Shown piece after piece: positions 60,181-64,000 of a stretch of DNA of 64,000 nucleotides (within the stretch, counting starts at the first letter, position 1; each line of letters begins with the position of its first letter). Below the pieces are notes generated by a model that ran no database searches, was not told where the DNA came from, and was given only the letters and a program-made list of their open reading frames with translations. This DNA is from an uncultured Erythrobacter sp. (GTDB taxonomy: Bacteria; Pseudomonadota; Alphaproteobacteria; Sphingomonadales; Sphingomonadaceae), in the NCBI GenBank assembly GCA_947503155.1, contig CANNCL010000002.1, forward strand, positions 676,637 to 740,636, read 5' to 3'. A program made the position numbers and the translations under genes.

Positions 60181-61153
60181 AGGCTGGGTCGCTAGCGGGG
60201 GCGGCGCGCATGAGCAAGGTGCCGATTTCAAGCATCAGCAGCCCGGTGTCGAAATTGTAGTTCGGGGCCTGCGCCGCCAGTGTCACCAATTCGCTGTGAG
60301 TTTCCACCAAGGCGGCCCGCTGCGCGCTGTTTTGCGTGTTGCGCGCAAGGTTGGCAGCGATGGCCTGTGCCAGCTCCATTACCGCCTGCAAACGCGCCCG
60401 ATCTGCACGGGGCCCGATCATGCGTGACAGGTCGCTGCGCGCGGTGAGCCCCGGATCACCCTTTGTCAGCAGCCCCGTGATCAGGGCGGCCACAGGTGAC
60501 AAATCCTGCTCGCTGAAACGCAGCGCAGCGCCGTACGACCCTTCGGCTGCTCGGATAGCCACATCCATTTGATCGCCATCACTCGCGCCGGATGCGCTGA
60601 GCATCGCTTTCAATTGATCGTCGGACAGAATTGGAAATCGCAATGTGCGGCACCGTGAACGGATCGTCGGCAAGAGCCGTGCGGGCCGGTGCGTGACGAG
60701 GATAAAGGACGTGCCTTGCGGCGGTTCCTCAAGGCTTTTGAGCAGCGCGTTTGCGGCACTAACCTCCATGTCGTCGGCCGGATTAATAATGACGACGCGC
60801 CGATCGCCCATAGTGGGCCGGGTCGTCAGCCTCTTTTGCATGGCGCGGACTTGGTCGACGCGGATGCTTCGAGCGAGTTCAAACTTCTTGCCGTCCGACT
60901 GCGCGCGCGCTTCTTTGTCGTTCTTTGCGCCGTAGGTGAGCACGATAATGTCGGGATGGTTTCCGGGCGGCTGCGGAATGCCGGTTTGTGCCACCAATTC
61001 GCGGGCGGCGGCCATCGCAAAATCATGTTTGCCCAGGCCGCTCTTGCCTGCAAGGATCCACCCATGATGCATCCGCGTGCCGCCCATCGCTGCGCGCCAT
61101 TCGCGCCAAGCGCCGCCATGATTGGGCCAGTCGGTCGTCCCGTCGGCGTTCAT
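60173..61153 (-). CDS. holB: DNA polymerase III subunit delta'
   Basis: HPD, ANALLKSLEEPP and LLPTIRSRC motifs; tmk-holB-metG synteny. Confidence 0.9.
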   Translation of the reverse strand: MNADGTTDWPNHGGAWREWRAAMGGTRMHHGWILAGKSGLGKHDFAMAAARELVAQTGIPQPPGNHPDIIVLTYGAKNDKEARAQSDGKKFELARSIRVDQVRAMQKRLTTRPTMGDRRVVIINPADDMEVSAANALLKSLEEPPQGTSFILVTHRPARLLPTIRSRCRTLRFPILSDDQLKAMLSASGASDGDQMDVAIRAAEGSYGAALRFSEQDLSPVAALITGLLTKGDPGLTARSDLSRMIGPRADRARLQAVMELAQAIAANLARNTQNSAQRAALVETHSELVTLAAQAPNYNFDTGLLMLEIGTLLMRAAPASDPAYG

Positions 61154-61797
61154 GCTTCGCCGATCAATGGGGCTAAAGCTGCGATGATACGGGCGTGAAC
61201 TTCCTCTGGCTTTCCGGTGCCGTCGACAATGCGAAATCCATCGGGATCGTCGTCCGCCAGCCTTCGAAAACTTTGCGCAACGGCGCGGTGATATTCTTCG
61301 CTGCGTCCGCCAATCGCATCGCTTGCACCGCCATCGCGCTCTGACAAACGCTGGCGTAACCGCGCCTCATCCACTTCTAACAAGATTGTGCAATCGGGCC
61401 GCATACCTTCAGACCCGAATTGGTGCAGCGCGCGAATTGCGTCATCGCCCAATCCCCCTGCCCCGCCTTGATAGGCGCGGCTTGAATCGACAAACCGATC
61501 ACAAATCACCCATATCCCTTTGTCCAATGCGGGACGGATTAGGCGGGCAACATGATCCGCGCGAGCGGCGGCGAATAGCAACGCTTCTGATCGCGGGTTC
61601 CATCCATCGCCGGGTGGGTGGAGCAGCAATTCGCGGATCGCCTCTGCGCCGGTTGTGCCGCCCGGTTCGCGCGAGATTTCAGCGAGTTTGCCATGCTTGC
61701 GCAGCGCCTCTGCGAGCAGCCGTGTCTGGGTGGATTTGCCAGTACCCTCCCCCCCTTCAAACGCGATGAAACGACCTTTAGTGTCAATATTCGTCAC
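61150..61797 (-). CDS. tmk: Thymidylate kinase
   Basis: FEGGEGTGKST, REPGG, LLFAAAR, CDRF and AYQG motifs; GTG start overlaps the dacA stop. Confidence 0.95.
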   Translation of the reverse strand: MTNIDTKGRFIAFEGGEGTGKSTQTRLLAEALRKHGKLAEISREPGGTTGAEAIRELLLHPPGDGWNPRSEALLFAAARADHVARLIRPALDKGIWVICDRFVDSSRAYQGGAGGLGDDAIRALHQFGSEGMRPDCTILLEVDEARLRQRLSERDGGASDAIGGRSEEYHRAVAQSFRRLADDDPDGFRIVDGTGKPEEVHARIIAALAPLIGEA

Positions 61798-62987
61798 CCG
61801 AACCATCCCGCAATCCCGTTGATTATTCGCGCGAAGAACCCAGCCTCATCAACGGCCTCTGCGGCGATTAACGGCACCCGAGCAGGTTCCATATCGGGAA
61901 CTTCGATCACCAAAGTCGCCACCCTGTCCCCGGCCGCAAAAGGCGCGCGCAGCGGCCCGTCATACATGATTGAAAGCCGCAAGTCCGCGGCGCGCCCGCT
62001 CGGCACGTTCACAAAGACCGTTCGATCGGTTTGCAACGCCACATTGCGTGCATTGCCGCCTTGAACGCGGGCCGATCCGACCGTTTGCCCCGATGCGAAC
62101 AACCTTTCCCGATCAAAAGCATCAAAACCCCATTCCATATAGGCGCGAGCGGACCGCGCCCGCAGCGCATTCCGACCCACCCCGGCGACCACTAAGACGA
62201 GCCGCTGACCGCCGCGCTGGGCTGTGCCAAGATATCCAAAGCCCGCTTCATTAGTATAGCCGGTCTTGATCCCATCCGCCCCGCGCGTCCGTCCGATCAG
62301 AGGGTCATGGTTGGTTTGTTCGATGCCATTATAGCGAAAGCCGGGGAGGCCGATATAGCGGCGGAATTTATCCGGATGCCGGCCGATCAGCGCTTCGGCC
62401 AGAGTGATCAGATCATTCGCGGTGGTGAAGGTCTTACCTTCATCCGGCCAACCATTCGGCGTCCCAAAATGGCTATTCGTCATGCCAAGCGCCCGTGCGC
62501 GAAGATTCATCCCGCCAACCCAGTTCGCGGTCGTGCCCGCTTGCCCTTGGGCCAGCATAATCGCGCCGTCATTGGCTGAAATGTTGGCTATGCCCATCAA
62601 GAGATCATCGACGGGAACTTGATCGCCGGCATTGATCCACATGGTGGAACCTTCGCCATTCCATTCCTGCCAAGTCTCATCACGCATCGTCAAAATTTGC
62701 GATGGATCCAGTGAGCCTTCTTCGATCAATTCAAAGGCGTGGAACATCGTCATCACTTTGGTGATCGATGCGGGGACGAAACGGCGGTCTGCGTTGCGCG
62801 AATGCAGGACTTGGCCGCTTGTGACATCCACCAATATCGCAATCGGCACTTCGTCTGCGGAGGGAACAGAGGGCGCGCTTTGGCCCAAAGCCGCCGACGT
62901 GTTCAAAACGGCGCCGAGGGCGGCACATACAAACGCCTTGCCGAGCAGGGCCCGGTTTGCGGACAGGTAAGAAAGACCTCTAATCAC
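61794..62987 (-). CDS. dacA: D-alanyl-D-alanine carboxypeptidase (PBP5 family)
   Basis: Signal peptide, SxxK (SITK), SxN (SAN), KTG triad, C-terminal PBP5 domain. Confidence 0.92.
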   Translation of the reverse strand: MIRGLSYLSANRALLGKAFVCAALGAVLNTSAALGQSAPSVPSADEVPIAILVDVTSGQVLHSRNADRRFVPASITKVMTMFHAFELIEEGSLDPSQILTMRDETWQEWNGEGSTMWINAGDQVPVDDLLMGIANISANDGAIMLAQGQAGTTANWVGGMNLRARALGMTNSHFGTPNGWPDEGKTFTTANDLITLAEALIGRHPDKFRRYIGLPGFRYNGIEQTNHDPLIGRTRGADGIKTGYTNEAGFGYLGTAQRGGQRLVLVVAGVGRNALRARSARAYMEWGFDAFDRERLFASGQTVGSARVQGGNARNVALQTDRTVFVNVPSGRAADLRLSIMYDGPLRAPFAAGDRVATLVIEVPDMEPARVPLIAAEAVDEAGFFARIINGIAGWFG

Positions 62988-63037
62988 CTTGACGCCTATA
63001 CAACCCGCCCTGCCAAGATGCGAGAGTAGCAGAGCGC

Positions 63038-64000
63038 TTAGTTCACGATTTCGTCAGCGAGCAATCCAACGCTCATCGCGTAATAATTTGAGCAATTGTA
63101 TTCGAGGATCACACGGTAATTACCGGTGAGGAGCCATGCGGGCCGCCCCGGACCATCGGGTTGGAACAGCGATGTCAGCGTATCATCCGGCAATGCGCGC
63201 TGAGGTTGCACCCCCAATGCGCGCCATTCTGCGACGGTTTTCCATTGGCTATGGCGTTCGTGAACACGCGAACAGACCGGCGACACCAATTCGGTTTTAT
63301 AGGCATCAACATCAAAACCGCGGGGCACAGCAGCGCGCACGCCCCAAGGTTGCCCGGTCCGCCATCCGGCATCGCGGAAATAGTTTGCGATAGAGGCGAA
63401 TGTATCGGCGCGGTTGTTAAATATGTTCGCGCGGCCATCTCCGTCGCCGTCTGTGGCGAGCCTTAGGTAAACCGACGGCAAAAATTGCGGGTTGCCAAAT
63501 GCTCCTGCGAAACTGCCGACCAATTGCCCGCGTGAATAGCCGCGATCAGCGACTTTCATCAGGGCAACCCATTCGCCCGCGAACAGATCGCGGCGGCGCC
63601 CTTCCCATGCCAGCGTCGCGAGGCTGCGTGAGAGATCGAAATTGCCGCGAATATTGCCATAGCTTGTTTCATGCCCGAAAATCGCGGTGATGATCTGCGC
63701 TGGGACGCCGTAGTCGCGCTCCGCCCGGCGCAATTCGGCGCTGTTGTTGCGGAATACGCGCCGACCGCCAGCGATGCGCTGCGCATTCACATGGGTCGCA
63801 ATATAGGGCGCCATCGCGGGATAACCGCGCTGAGTTGGCCGGCCCGGTTGCCCCTGATCCAGCCGAATGACGCGCGCATTTGGCGTCAGGCCAGCGGTCA
63901 TGCGCTGCAGGGTTGCCTCGCTCACACCTTCTGCGCGCGCCCGCGCTTTTAGCAATTCCATATAGGCGTCGAACGCGATGCCATCTCGTGCGGCAACCTG
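63038..64000 (-). CDS. Lytic murein transglycosylase (MltB/Slt35-like); 5' end outside the window
   Basis: HETSYG, SLATLAWEGRR, GSFAGAFGNPQF, DGDGDG and YNCSNYYA motifs; the frame stays open past 63961. Confidence 0.9.
   Translation of the reverse strand, partial: QVAARDGIAFDAYMELLKARARAEGVSEATLQRMTAGLTPNARVIRLDQGQPGRPTQRGYPAMAPYIATHVNAQRIAGGRRVFRNNSAELRRAERDYGVPAQIITAIFGHETSYGNIRGNFDLSRSLATLAWEGRRRDLFAGEWVALMKVADRGYSRGQLVGSFAGAFGNPQFLPSVYLRLATDGDGDGRANIFNNRADTFASIANYFRDAGWRTGQPWGVRAAVPRGFDVDAYKTELVSPVCSRVHERHSQWKTVAEWRALGVQPQRALPDDTLTSLFQPDGPGRPAWLLTGNYRVILEYNCSNYYAMSVGLLADEIVN

Overview
This is a chromosomal segment of a GC-rich alphaproteobacterium; gene content and synteny suggest Sphingomonadales, probably Erythrobacteraceae (inference). 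It is mostly core genome: gltX, comEC, lexA-moeA-moaC, trpE..trpGDC, surA, tpiA-secG-pyrG, hsp20, grxC, tRNA-Arg(CCT), ftsB-pdhA-pdhB, trmFO, gyrA, lipA, cinA-ispDF, dusB-ntrBC-ntrYX-hfq-hflX, mazG, and the dacA-tmk-holB-metG-tatD operon. Accessory inserts are mscS-haloalkane dehalogenase-MFS, an orphan TadG/TadE/TadE trio, a TauD-like dioxygenase, a NYN-LOTUS protein and an sbtA-sbtB-beta-carbonic anhydrase cassette. I recognised no integrase, transposase, prophage or CRISPR array. Main non-gene signals: (1) a Xer dif site at 56785-56812, with KOPS (GGGNAGGG) polarity inverting across it, so the window probably spans the replication terminus; (2) a 14-bp tandem repeat that frameshifts the likely 5' end of a lipoprotein gene inside the trp operon but creates a chain of overlapping mini-ORFs, so 4-nt stop/start overlaps run unbroken from trpE to trpC; (3) an orphan structured RNA or small-ORF region after pyrG; (4) a four-hairpin element after the tRNA; (5) recurring micro-duplications of stop codons; (6) candidate LexA, RpoH, ROSE, EcfG and NtrC sites. 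All motif counts were made by eye and no databases were searched. I cannot claim a wholly new multi-gene system; the best candidates are ranked in the findings.
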